Below are positions 28,301 to 40,779 of a DNA stretch of 64,000 nucleotides, piece after piece. A program made the position numbers and the translations under genes. Source of the DNA: Lingula anatina (lineage: Eukaryota > Animalia > Brachiopoda); contig CM120644.1 of NCBI GenBank assembly GCA_051362555.1, positions 25,194,534-25,258,533 of the forward strand, in the 5' to 3' direction. Within the stretch, counting starts at the first letter, position 1; every line of letters starts with the position of its first letter. The notes below the pieces were generated by a model. It was not told the DNA's origin. It saw only the letters and a list, made by a program, of their open reading frames with translations, and ran no database searches.

Positions 28301-31300
28301 ACGCTCATATCACTCATGATCTCCTATTGATGATCTTCCAGTCCTTTAAATGAATATGAAAATGGCGTTTCTGTCTCACTTGAATTGCTAACGAATAGAT
28401 GATAACTGCCTTTTCGGTTTAGTCTAGATTACCTATCACTCGCATGTTTGTTTGAAGATGGTTTAAATTACAAAATGTACACACTTTTCAAATGTGTACA
28501 TTGGCGCAACTATGTGCCAGCTAATCAGTTGCGTTGTTGAAAAGCTGCTGGTCAGGATTGGGTTGCCTGAGCAAAAAAAGTGGACATCGAGCCCTGCACC
28601 CCTCAACCTAGTATATTTAATTGCAGACAACAATCAGCGGTCATCTTGGTCGCAGCGCACGGCAGAGAGAGACCGTAATACACAGTTCGGCTGCCATGGT
28701 GAATGTAACCTGTGTGCCGCACATATCAATCTGCAGTCGTAGTGGCCTCCCTGCACGGCGGAGAGAGGCCATAATGCTGAGTCTGGCTTCCGCAGTGAAT
28801 GCTATATATGCGTCGAAGACACCAACCGGCGCACGGCAAGATGAGGACGCATTCGCGCATAAGGCTCCACCCGACTTCAACGGTAATCGCAGATAAAGGC
28901 TATTTGTACTCTCGCCATAGACACCGATCGGCTGTCGTGTTGGTTTCAGCACACGGAAAGGAGCAACGGTAACACTAAGCTTCCACAGTAAAGGTTATCT
29001 GGCCGTGGTAGATTATAATCGCCTACTGTCTCTCCCTCCGTCCACTCCCATTCTGAGCGCCAAGATCATTTTTGAAAAACGACACTTGTTTCTGGCTGCC
29101 AGAATCACTTTTGAAAAACGACACTACTGATAACGATGCAGCTTTGCGTCCCTAGCCAACAGTACCGCTCGTTATCTAGCACCTTCGGCCATACACAGTG
29201 ATCGGGTGAAAGCAAATGTATTACCGACACTCACCCAATTACTGACACTCACCCATCATACATTATGGTAACTCTAAATAGATCATCGGGAGAAGATAAC
29301 ATAAGGCCTAGTGACGAACAGACAACTTCCAGTCAAAATTGACAGAATTCCAAGAAATTTGAACGTTTGGAAGTTCTGAGCACCTCCATTTCATGAATTT
29401 CGGCCAAAACGATCTTTTCCCAAATTTAAATATTTTCTACTGTTCGAAATTCATGGCACATTACCGTACACTGATTTTATAACTGTAACTGGAAATAAAC
29501 TACCACAGAGGAGTAAGAATGCATATGGTGGCCATCTTTTATCCCAGTGATATAGAGATATCTTAAAAATATTGCACATTATTAAGCCTACTAGTACTAA
29601 AGTTCACTGATATGTTATGACTAAGCTGGGTCAGAGTTTTGGACTTTCTATGCCAGACAGCAGACAATGAGCAACCTGGGTAAAAGAAACTGTATACATT
29701 GTATACAGGACATATTGTCATTAGTTACCATGTGTTTGGCTTATATCCATCATATCCCTCTGGGGATTTTGCCCATTTCTTCCATATGTTTATCCATAGT
29801 CAATGGTGGGTTAACAAATTGGAGTTCATGGGGCACCTGTAATGTCATCTGTGGTCGAGGAATCCAGTCAAGAACCAGGACATGTACCAATCCAGTACCA
29901 CAAAATGGAGGTGCTGATTGTGTGGGAATCACACTGGAGTTCCAACAGTGTAATACTCAGGAGTGTCCAGGTAAATTATATGTTCTTTTTGTTGAGATTT
30001 TATTCATATGCAGTACCATTAATACTGTTTTATTCATGATGTATTAATTAAAATAAAGTATGCCATCTTGTATATTTAAATGTGAAAAGGTCTACAGCTA
30101 TATAACTGATGTTATGGTATCCAGCTGGTCAGTCTTCAAGAACTATTTTACAAAATACCTTATATTTCAGTGGATGGAGGATACAGTCAGTGGAGCACTT
30201 GGGGCACTTGTTCTTCTACTTGTGGAGGTGGCTCTCAAACAAGAACCAGAACTTGCACAAACCCTACTCCAGCTTTTAATGGCAATGACTGTTCTGGTCT
30301 TGGACCTAATTCAGAAACACAGCAATGCAACACACAGGGATGTCCAAGTGAGACAGCAACTTTACAAAAATTATTTTCAGGACAAAAATCAAATACATTT
30401 TTTTTTCTTTTCTTGTATTAAAAGGGAAAGTGTAAACAAAAAAATCTAGCAGATCTGTATGTTAACAAATTTTATTCATTAATAGAGCATATCTCTACAC
30501 ATCTCATTTGTAGTCAATGGTGGGTTAACAAATTGGAGTTCATGGGGCACCTGTAATGTCACCTGTGGTGGAGGCTCCCAGTCAAGAACCAGGACATGTA
30601 CCAATCCAGTACCACAAAATGGAGGTGCTGATTGTGTGGGAATCAGACTGGAGTTACAACAGTGTAATACTCAGGGGTGTCCAGGTAAATTATATGTTCT
30701 TTTTGTTGAGATTTTATTCATATGCAGTACCATTAATACTGTTTTATTCAGGATGTATTAATTAAAATAAAGTATGCCATCTTGTATATTTAAATGTAAA
30801 AAGGTCTACAGCTATATAACTGATGTTATGGTATCCAGCTGGTCAGTCTTCAAGAACTATTGTACAAAATACCTTATATTTCAGTGGATGGAGGATACAG
30901 TCAGTGGAGCACTTGGGGCACTTGTTCTTCTACATGTGGAGGTGGCTGTCAAACAAGAACCAGAACTTGCACAAACCCTACTCCAGCTTTTAATGGCAAT
31001 GACTGTTCTGGTCTTGGACCTAATTCAGAAACACAGCAATGCAACACACAGGGATGTCCAAGTGAGACAGCAACTTTACAAAAATTATTTGCAGGACAAG
31101 AATCAAACACTTTTTGTTTTTCTTTTCTTGTATTAAAAGGGAAAGTGTATACAAAAAATCTGGAAGATCTGTATGTTAACAAATTTTATTCATTAAGGCT
31201 CCGTTCACATGGAAAATCTATTTTCTAAATAATTAAAAATCTATTTTCGGTATCTTGTGATCACTGTCTGTGCCCTGGATACCCTGCGGCATAATTACTG

Positions 31301-34300
31301 GCAAAGCGAGCGAGTTACTTCCGAAACTGTAATTAATTCTCGGCTGCGCTCGGAGGAGATTGTGATACCTTTATTTCAGATATTTTAAGTTGGCCTGGTT
31401 GAGAATGTGCATTAAATCTGAATGGTTTGGAAGATGCATGGACCGGTTACTTTTGGAACTATATAGGCATTTGCAGTTGTGTTGATGTTTCTCTCCTCCC
31501 AGCACTGCTCTTTTATAATTAACAATGAACCAGAACGGATTGAATTTTGAGTGGGAGCTAAAAGACCTGTTGATATAATTTTTCATTCTATTTTCATTTG
31601 CAAGTGAGAAAAGCTGAAAGGCAACTCTATCAGACCCCCAAATATAACCATAAATTGAGCCTGACACAATGGTTATTATCAAAGTGCATCAAGAGATCAC
31701 TTCCACAGGAACTCTGCTTACACCAAAATACTTGTCTCTATCATATCTTGGTTTCAGAGTGTGAATTCCCATCTATTCCAAATGTTGTTGAAGAACGGGG
31801 CGGGAATGTGACAGGAGCCAATATCACCTACACCTGCCTGCCTGGGTACAAAGTGGTCTCTGGGGACACCACCAGGACCTGTCTAATCAACGGAACCTGG
31901 AGTGGCTCACCGCCTGTCTGTGGATGTAAGAATATGGTGGACAACTCCTAAAATTTAAACAATTAATGAGTACCAATATTAAAAGCTTGCAAGATTTATC
32001 ATAATTATCAAAAATTTTATCTTAAAATATTTCACTTTTAAGCAACCTATTCCATATCTGCTTAAGATGGAATATCTTAGAAATTATTTATTTGCCAGTT
32101 GTTTATTAACAATGCAACAGATGCCATGAACAAGACCTCCTCCCTTAATTAACATCAGAGTGCACAAACCACTGGGCCAGCTTTCATGTGGACCCTTCTG
32201 TCAATACCGGTTGTTTTTCTCAACCCAGGACTAATTTTTAATGATACAACCAATTAAAGCTCTCAAGATTCCTAGTCCTACAAGAGTGTCATTTTCTCCA
32301 GAGCTCAGTCTATGTGTTTGGCAAAAGAGAAAGGATTTTTGGCAACTTCATCAAGCCCCAATAGTTCTTTAATGACAGAATATGAGGAGTGTGATCATAC
32401 TTGTTTTGGTCACTTAGTCCCAATTTAACCTCAAAACAGTCTCAAAAGGTTTTTATCAAGCGATACTAAGGCCACACTTTTTTATTTTTATGGATGACAT
32501 CCTCTGGGGATCCCGAAATCGGTGTGAGAGGGAAAAAAAAAATACTGCTTACGTAAAGGAATGGTGTCAGTACACAGTACACAAACAAATCTACTACAGA
32601 AACACGTATCAAACCAACACTATGTCTTTATCCATGCTCTCAAAATATTAAAGCATTGTCAATGCTTCGTAGAAAGGTAAAAAAAAAGTCATGCATAGAT
32701 ATGCTGCATATTACCAAATCTATATTAAGGTTATTTTATGCATTTTGTTGATATACCAATAAATAAAACAAATAATAAACAAACAGTGTGTCTTTATTTG
32801 TGCTCTCAGAATATTAAAGCATTATGCACACTTCACAGAAATGTAAAAAATCATGCAAAGATATGCTTAATACTACCAAATCTATTAAAGGTCATTTCAG
32901 TCAATGCTGTTTTGTCTACTTTGACTCGCACGAAGCAGCCAAACTGTCGGGTGGCCTGTCTGACCTTCAGCCCACCAAATACCTCAATGCCCTTGTTGAC
33001 CCTGTTTTTGCTACAAAAAATTTTCTGCTTTGGACAGAATGTCACTGAAATTTTCCAGGCGATAATCGCTGGTTGCCGCCAGCCTTTCGTATAATTATAG
33101 ACAGGTGATATCTCCATGCCCAATAACAATGGCATATTTACCATTAATCCAAAATGACGGCCTCTGTCCTCTTTATGACTTTAATTGTTGTGTAACTTGA
33201 CAGTAATCGTAGAGATGAATTTGACGGCAAAGCCACCAATTTCCACGTGGCGATAATACACATGTGCAGAAAGCTCAGTTTCTGGCAAAATTCAATAAAG
33301 ACATTTGTGATAACCGACTTCTTTGGGGTGAGTTTTTTTTTTTTTTTTTTTTTTTTCGGAGAGCATAGGAAAATCTGTGCACGTGCAGGATGTCATCCAT
33401 AAAAATAAAAAAGAGGGGCCTAATGTATTCGTACACATATAATCCACTGTCCATACCAAGTACGTACGTATATGTCAGAATTTTGCTCTCGACAATCTCC
33501 AGTTCATATAGAGAACATACCAAATTGGTAGATGAGCAGATTTATGGTTCATGGACCAGACAGCGGTATGCTTGTGGCCATAAAAATATTACATTCAGGT
33601 TCTTAATTGATGTCTTGAGTCATAAATTTGAGCGTTCATGCTCACAAATCTTCAGTTCAAGTTTGCAAAAGCCTCTTCTGTTTATAAGGTCTGACATATA
33701 TTTCTATTTATTTCTATAAATACATACATTAATTAATTAGGCTTTAGCTTTAATTAATTTATATATTTGAAGTAATTTAGTTTATATATATATATATCCA
33801 GATGGCGGGAGCTGGTTGGCCTGGGGAGCCTGGGGTGATTGCTCTGTGCTGTGTGGGACAGGAACCACATCCAGAAACCGTACCTGTCACGACCCAAATG
33901 TGCCCAGTGAACAGGCCCTGTGTACAGGTGGCGCCACCAACTCAACCCAGACAGCAACCTGCTTGGATCAAATCTGCCCACGTATTTAGAAATATTGAAC
34001 ATATTTTTGAACAAAAATATCACATATTACCTTCAGTCATAGATTTATAGATAATGGTACTATTTTGATATATTATAATGTCAGCTGTTAATATCTGAAT
34101 ATGAACTCATGTTATTTTAATAATAATAATAATAATAATTTGTATTTTAAGATACTGTCTCCCTACTATTTTTATGTACAGACACAGATGTGTCTGTACA
34201 TATTGCCATCACCTGCGTCTGTCGTCGCCGTCGTCGCCATTGTCGCCGTCACCGGCGCCGTGCACTTCCCTTGTAAACACGATAAGTGGAAGGCAGTTTT

Positions 34301-37300
34301 ACTTTTTGGCTTTATATTTACAGAGCTGATGAATATTCATGAAACGCAGGTCAAGTTCGAAAATCAGCATGATCGGGCCATTATTGTAGAAGTTATGCTG
34401 TTTTTTTTCACTTTTCAGCATAAATGCAACACTGTAAACACATTTCAAGGAAAACCGATAGGCCTGTTGTCATGAAACTCACAGGAGTAATCGATCCTAG
34501 AAAAACGCAGGTCAAGTTCGAAAATCGGCATGATCGGGCCACTATTTTAGTAGTTATGCTGTTTTTTACACTTTTCAGCATATATGCAACACTGTAAACA
34601 CATTTCAAGGAAAACCGATAGGCCTGTTGTCATGAAACTCACAGGAGTAATCGATCTTACTATAACACAGGTCAAGTTCGAAAATCCACATGATGGGGCC
34701 ACTATTTTAGTAGTTATGCTGTTTTTTACACTTTTCAGCATATATGCAACACTGTAAACACAATATAAGAAAAACAGATAGGCCAATTGTCATTAAACTC
34801 ACAGGAGTGGTCATTCCTGCTAAAACGCAGGTTGAGTTCAAAAATCAGCATAATCGGACCATTATTTTAAAGAAATGCTGTTTTTTCACATTTCCTCAGA
34901 TTAAATTCTTAGGCATGTTAACAGTTTCAATTTTTAATTAATAAGATACGTAAAAGTGTTTGTTTGGCATTCCCTGCATCTTTGCAACATCATTACTTGG
35001 TTATGTAAAAATGATGGTAAACTTGTTATGGTGTATTGTGTAATAAAGTGTCAAAAATGGAAATAAACTCATATCATTGCAGTTTGTCAGATTCAATCAT
35101 TCACTATGTTCAGAATCTCAGAATGGAAGAAATTGGACATTTAACACTGCTCTATTAATATTTTTCCCATCTCATCAATTTTCTTAGTTGATCATATAAA
35201 AACGGTAGTAAACTGTTAATTTTGTTTTTATGTTAGAAATTGATAAAACTGGGGAAAAAAAAATAACGTTTCAGAACATTGCTGTCTTGTTTCCATTTTG
35301 GCATTTTCAAGTTGTGACTTTGAAGTTCCATGGACCTGAAGACCTTTGCTAGTCACATTTTCTGAATATCCATAATACTAATATTTTATTATTAAAATTG
35401 ATGGTCATTATGCTTTTAAACATTATGTAATATTGCATCAAAATTAAAAAAAAAAAACTATTTTGGGCACTGCTCCCATGATGACCATTTAAGAAAACCC
35501 ATGTCAGTTACTGTTCTCAAACTTACAGGAAAGAAACATGGGACTAAAATTCAGCTTCAGTAGGCAATGCAGTCTGTTTTGTAATTCTTACTGCCAGTTA
35601 AACGTTTTCACATATTGGCATTTTCAAGGTGTAACTTTGAAGTTCCATGGGCTTGTTTATTATTGCATCAAAATTGGCAAAATTACCTCTTTCGCATCCT
35701 TTTTTCTGTTATTTTGTCTGTACATTTGACAGCTTTGCTGCCTTGTTTCTCTAGTTCTCAAATAAATCAATTATTAATTTCTGTTTCATATCACAAGCAC
35801 ATATGTCAATGGTTATTTCAGATTGCAACACAATGAACTGCCTAGGGCTGTGTATAGTGAGAGATCTACACTCCTACTGTGTCTGCCCTCACAGTGTGGA
35901 AGACAAAGTTGGCACAGTTGAACACTCTGCGCTCTACATAAAACAGAGGTGATTCTTTCTGAGGAAAAGGATTTAACCACTGAAAATTTAATTGTCATAT
36001 ATTTCCCACTGTCCACAAATTATGAGTTGACATGTAAGATTGGTGTATAAAGTCTGACCCTGAAGCCAAATACTTCTCCAAACTTAATTTTCCAGTTGTT
36101 TCTCTTGGATTGGGTTCCCATACTTAGATCGATCTACCAAGATGGATCCATCTCCAAGGGGTTTCTCACTAAATTGCTTTCAGCGTAAGAGGTTTTGATG
36201 TCTGGTACCCCCACTGAGGCTGTTAATGATGATTAATTACCTGCTAGCAGCTTAAGTAGGCCTGACAGATATCTGTGCCGCTTAAGTTGATTGCAATTTA
36301 CCAAAAATCCCCAATTAGGATGATAGTGACTGGGAATGGTCTCTAGGTGTACTGGTCAGTATAAGCTGTCTTACCCTGGAGCCAAGGTGTCCATATTTAA
36401 TTGTCCATTTGTTTCTCTAGGTGTACTGGTCAGTGTAAGCTGTCTGACCCTGGAGCCAAGGTGTCCATACTTAATTGTCCATTTGTTTCTCTAGGTGTAC
36501 TGGTCAGTGTAAGCTGTCTGACCCTGGAGCCAAGGTGTCCATACTTAATTGTGCAGTTGTTTCTCTAGGTGTACTGGTCAGTGTAAGCTGTCTGACCCTG
36601 GAGCCAAAGTGTCCATACTTAATTGTCCAGTTGTTTCTCTAGGTGTACTGGTCAGTGTAAGCTGTCTGACCCTGGAGCCAAGGTGTCCATATTTAATTGT
36701 CCAGTTGTTTCTCTAGGTGTACTGGTCAGTGTAAACTGTCTGACCCTGGAGCCAATGTGTCCATACTTAATTGTCCAGTTGTTTCTCTAGGTGTACTGGT
36801 CAGTGTAAGCTGTCTATCCCTGGAGCCAAGGTGTCCATATTTAATTGTCCAGTTGTTTCTCTAGGTGTACTGGTCAGTGTAAGCTGTCTGACCCTGGAGC
36901 CAAGGTGTCCCTAGAAGCTGTATGTTATCACTGTGACTCCATGGACTACCTATGGGACCTCAACCCAGTGAACACCACAGTACAGGGACTGGACTGGAGC
37001 CAGGACACCACCACTGAGAGAACAGAGAGAGGACTGAGTATTAAACCAGGTGTTCTTATACCTGGGGAGCTCTACCAGGTCACAATACATGGTAAGTATT
37101 GTGACAACAGATGAATGGATTTTGCTAATTTGAAGATTTAAGATTTGTCCTTTGGACATACCCATATATTTAAGACTATCTTACACATTTTCTGCAGTGT
37201 CATGTCAATATCTTCAGTGCTGTCTACATCATGTCATGTGTGTCTGTAGGTACAAGTCAGTCTGCTGGTACAGTGCTGTCTACATCATGTCATGTGTGTC

Positions 37301-40300
37301 TGTAGGTACAAGTCAGTCTGCTGGTACAGTGCTGTCTACATCATGTGTCATACAAATGGGGACCAGCCCTAGTCCTGGAATATGCACAGTTTCTCCTTCC
37401 ACTGGCTTTGAGATTGTCACCAATTTCTCAGTGAATTGCTCTGGGTTCATTGATAGCACCAGTGAACTCCACTACAACTACCATTTTTGGGATGGAGATC
37501 CTGCTACCAAGAATCAGTCAGGTAACTGATCTGCAGTTTGTTGATGAATAGTAAAAGAAATGTAGGCAAAGAATTTCCTTGCTTATAAAAGTGTCTGATT
37601 TTAAGTGACAGCAATTTTCATTGTTAAAACAAGTGAGGCAAGTCAGTATTACAGAATCACAGTAACTGTTGACTTGTAAATCTTCAATCAAACTTTAGCT
37701 GAATATCTGAGTCTGATATGTATGCACATATGGACATGAAGAAGCTTTCATGTATTTCACCTGGGGCCGGTTTCACAAAGCAGTAGTTAGGTAGCGATCG
37801 GTAGTTAGCCTTTCGCTAGTTATAGTGCCGTTTCACGTAGCAATCGCTAGTTCTCTCGCTCGTTATTGTCTCGTTGTTACCTTGGATATTTAACGACTGG
37901 TCAGAGCAGTCGCTAACTCTAGAGTTTCATCGTACGCATGCGTAGTGAGTGAAAAAAAAAGGTTGCTTAGTTACCGTTGTCTGTCGTTTGTCTTTGTATC
38001 CAATATGGCGGCTACCTTTCTTGCTATCCGTACTGCCAGACGGCAACGTAGACTACAGTGTTTTCATGAAAGGCAGAATCTATTAGAATATACACACGAT
38101 GATGCAATTTACGAGAGGTTGTGCCTAGCTGTGACAAAAAGAGCGGCAAAAAGGTGGTGGAGATTCTTTACGACGACCTCAAAGCAGACATTCTTATGCA
38201 TTTCCAGCCACCAAAAATTGGAGAGTTAGTGCTTTCGTGACACTTTTACGCAAGAGTTCCACTTCCGGCAGACGGTTTCGAGACTACGGTGAGTAACGAG
38301 AGAACTAACGACCGAACTTTACGACTGAACTTAGCGATGAGTTAACTACTTCTTCGTGAAACACCCCTCGAAAATCGCTAAGTTTGCTTGTTAGCGAGGT
38401 AGTTCAGTAGTTAGTTGTTCTAACTAACTACTGCTTTGTGAAACCGGCCCCTGAAGCTCATAGTAATATTCCAACACTGAGGGTTGATCTGTTGGTATCC
38501 ACCAATATTTGTGTAAAAATGTTCATATTTTCCTCAGGTATCCTGTTAGGCAGCAGTTCTGGTGGTTATATCCACATCTCTGCTCTGTCTGTGTCCCAAG
38601 CCAGTGAGAACAGTCAGGGGGAGGTCCGTGTGCATGCTGTCAATGACAATGGTATGAGGACTGTGGTGACTTCCACTGTCCAGGTATGTTTATATTATCT
38701 TTGGGGGTTAGAGTGTGTACATGTTGTCAATGACAATGGTATGAAGACTGTGGTGACTTCCACTGTCCAGGTATGTTTATATTATCTGTGGGGGTTAGAG
38801 TGTGTACATGTTGTCAATGACAATGGTATGAGGACTGTGGTGACTTCCACTGTCCAGGTATGTAATTGACATTATCTGTGGGGGTTAGAGTGTGTACATG
38901 TTGTCAATGACAATGGTATGAAGACTGTGGTGACTTCCACTGTCCAGGTATGTTTACATTATCTGTGGGGGTTAGAGTGTGTACATGTTGTCAATGACAA
39001 TGGTATGAGGACTGTGGTGACTTCAACTGTCCAGGTATGTTTATATTATCTGTGGGGGTTAGAGTGTGTACATGTTGTCAATGACAATGGTATGAGGACT
39101 GTGGTGACTTCCACTGTCCAGGTATGTTTACATTAAATTTGCATTCTCTGCCAAACCTACTGGCCTTTTGGGACTTTTTTAAAGCAAGTATTTGCTAAAG
39201 GTGGAGGGGGGGGTGGAGTAAATAAGGCTGGAATATGGAACTGAGTAGGTATGGATGTAGCACTCTTTTCTTTTATGTATCATATTATTTTATGTATCAC
39301 CATTTATTTTATGTATCATATCATATCATATCATATCATATATACATTTTCTGTTTAAGGTCCGTCCATTAAGTGACAATCCTGATTTTGTAGACAGTGA
39401 TGTTGGTACCTTTCTAGAGGAGATAACAGGGGATAGGAACGGTTTCTTGTGGACTGCTGTGAGGGAGGGCGACCAGACAGGTGCTGTCTATTTATATAAC
39501 TGTAAACCTTTAACACTTGGGTTGTCATTTTTTATTGATTATTTATTGCTTTTATTATGATTTGTATTAAATTGTATTTTTAATTACATTCTTTCCTGTG
39601 CTATTCACTTTTAGCTGTTCTACAGCTGGTTAAAGCTGTCAGTCATGTAAAAATCTACATGTTATTAATATTTTGGTCTCACCCTTCTCTGTGATATTTG
39701 CTTTTAGTTGTTCTACAGCTGGTTGAAGCTGTCAGTCATGTAAAGATCTACATGTTATTAATTTTGGTCTCACCCTTCTCTGTGATATTTGCTTTTAGCT
39801 GTTCTACAGCTGGTTGAAGCCATCAGTTCCTTGCTGAATTCTGGGACAGAGAATTTACCTGACTCAAAAAGACGGGAACAGGTAAATAAATGTGTTGATA
39901 AATAAATTAATTAAAGTGAAAATAAATGATGATGAAGAAGTAGAGGGTTAGATAATAAATATAAGAAATGAATAGACAAAAAAAAATAAATTATATATAT
40001 ATTTTGAAAGACAGCTAGTAGTGAATGATGATTGGTGAATGATGATTGTGTTAGTTGAGACAAAGTTGGGACTGGCAAATTTGGCTTTGTTATTTTGGCT
40101 GATTTTAAATTAGATGAAATTAAAATGATTGTATTTCTCTGATAATTGTTAAAGATACCATAATATCAAAGTATGTTTATTTAGCACTCAATAAAACATA
40201 TGGCATCAGTAAATCTTTTCTTCCACAGATACGCAGTGATATGATGGAGGCAGTGGGTAATTTAACTATTGACAGCCTATCTACTGCCCATCAAGCAGCA

Positions 40301-40740
40301 GAGACGCTGGCCAAACTCACAGAACACACCACAGAGATTACTGCTCACTCACAGGTACTGAACACTGGATGTCTTTTTGCATTGTAGATAGTTGCCTCTA
40401 ATCTAGTATTTATATTCTTTAGGCTTCAGTTTTTTATGTTTAATCCTCAAAACTTGTTATATCAGATTAAAAATTGTACAAACTGGTTCTCATGAATGAA
40501 TTCCCTAATAGCAAAATATCAGACCTGCTGCAAACCCTCTCTAAAATTCAGTGCAAATTAGCTGCAAGTTTGCTTCTAATTTGCTGTGAATTTGCAAGAA
40601 CTTGAGTACTTTCTTGCAACCTTACTGCAAACTTCATATGTTCTTGCAAACCTGCTGTAAACTTAAGTTGTTATTGCAAATTTGTTGCAAATCAGCAGCA
40701 ATAAAATTTTTCCTTGCAAACTCCTGGAAACTAGTTGCTG

Positions 40741-40779
<39 letters not shown>

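Noticed and set aside
16304-31228. Repeated ORFs MVSSWSVF.. and MVGSQIGV..
   Set aside because: Alternative frames of the TSP1 A/B exons plus flanking intron.
32276-32428. Frame reading [24 protein letters not shown], superficially like a C-type lectin
   Set aside because: No phase-compatible acceptor or donor and no downstream lectin motifs; likely chance.
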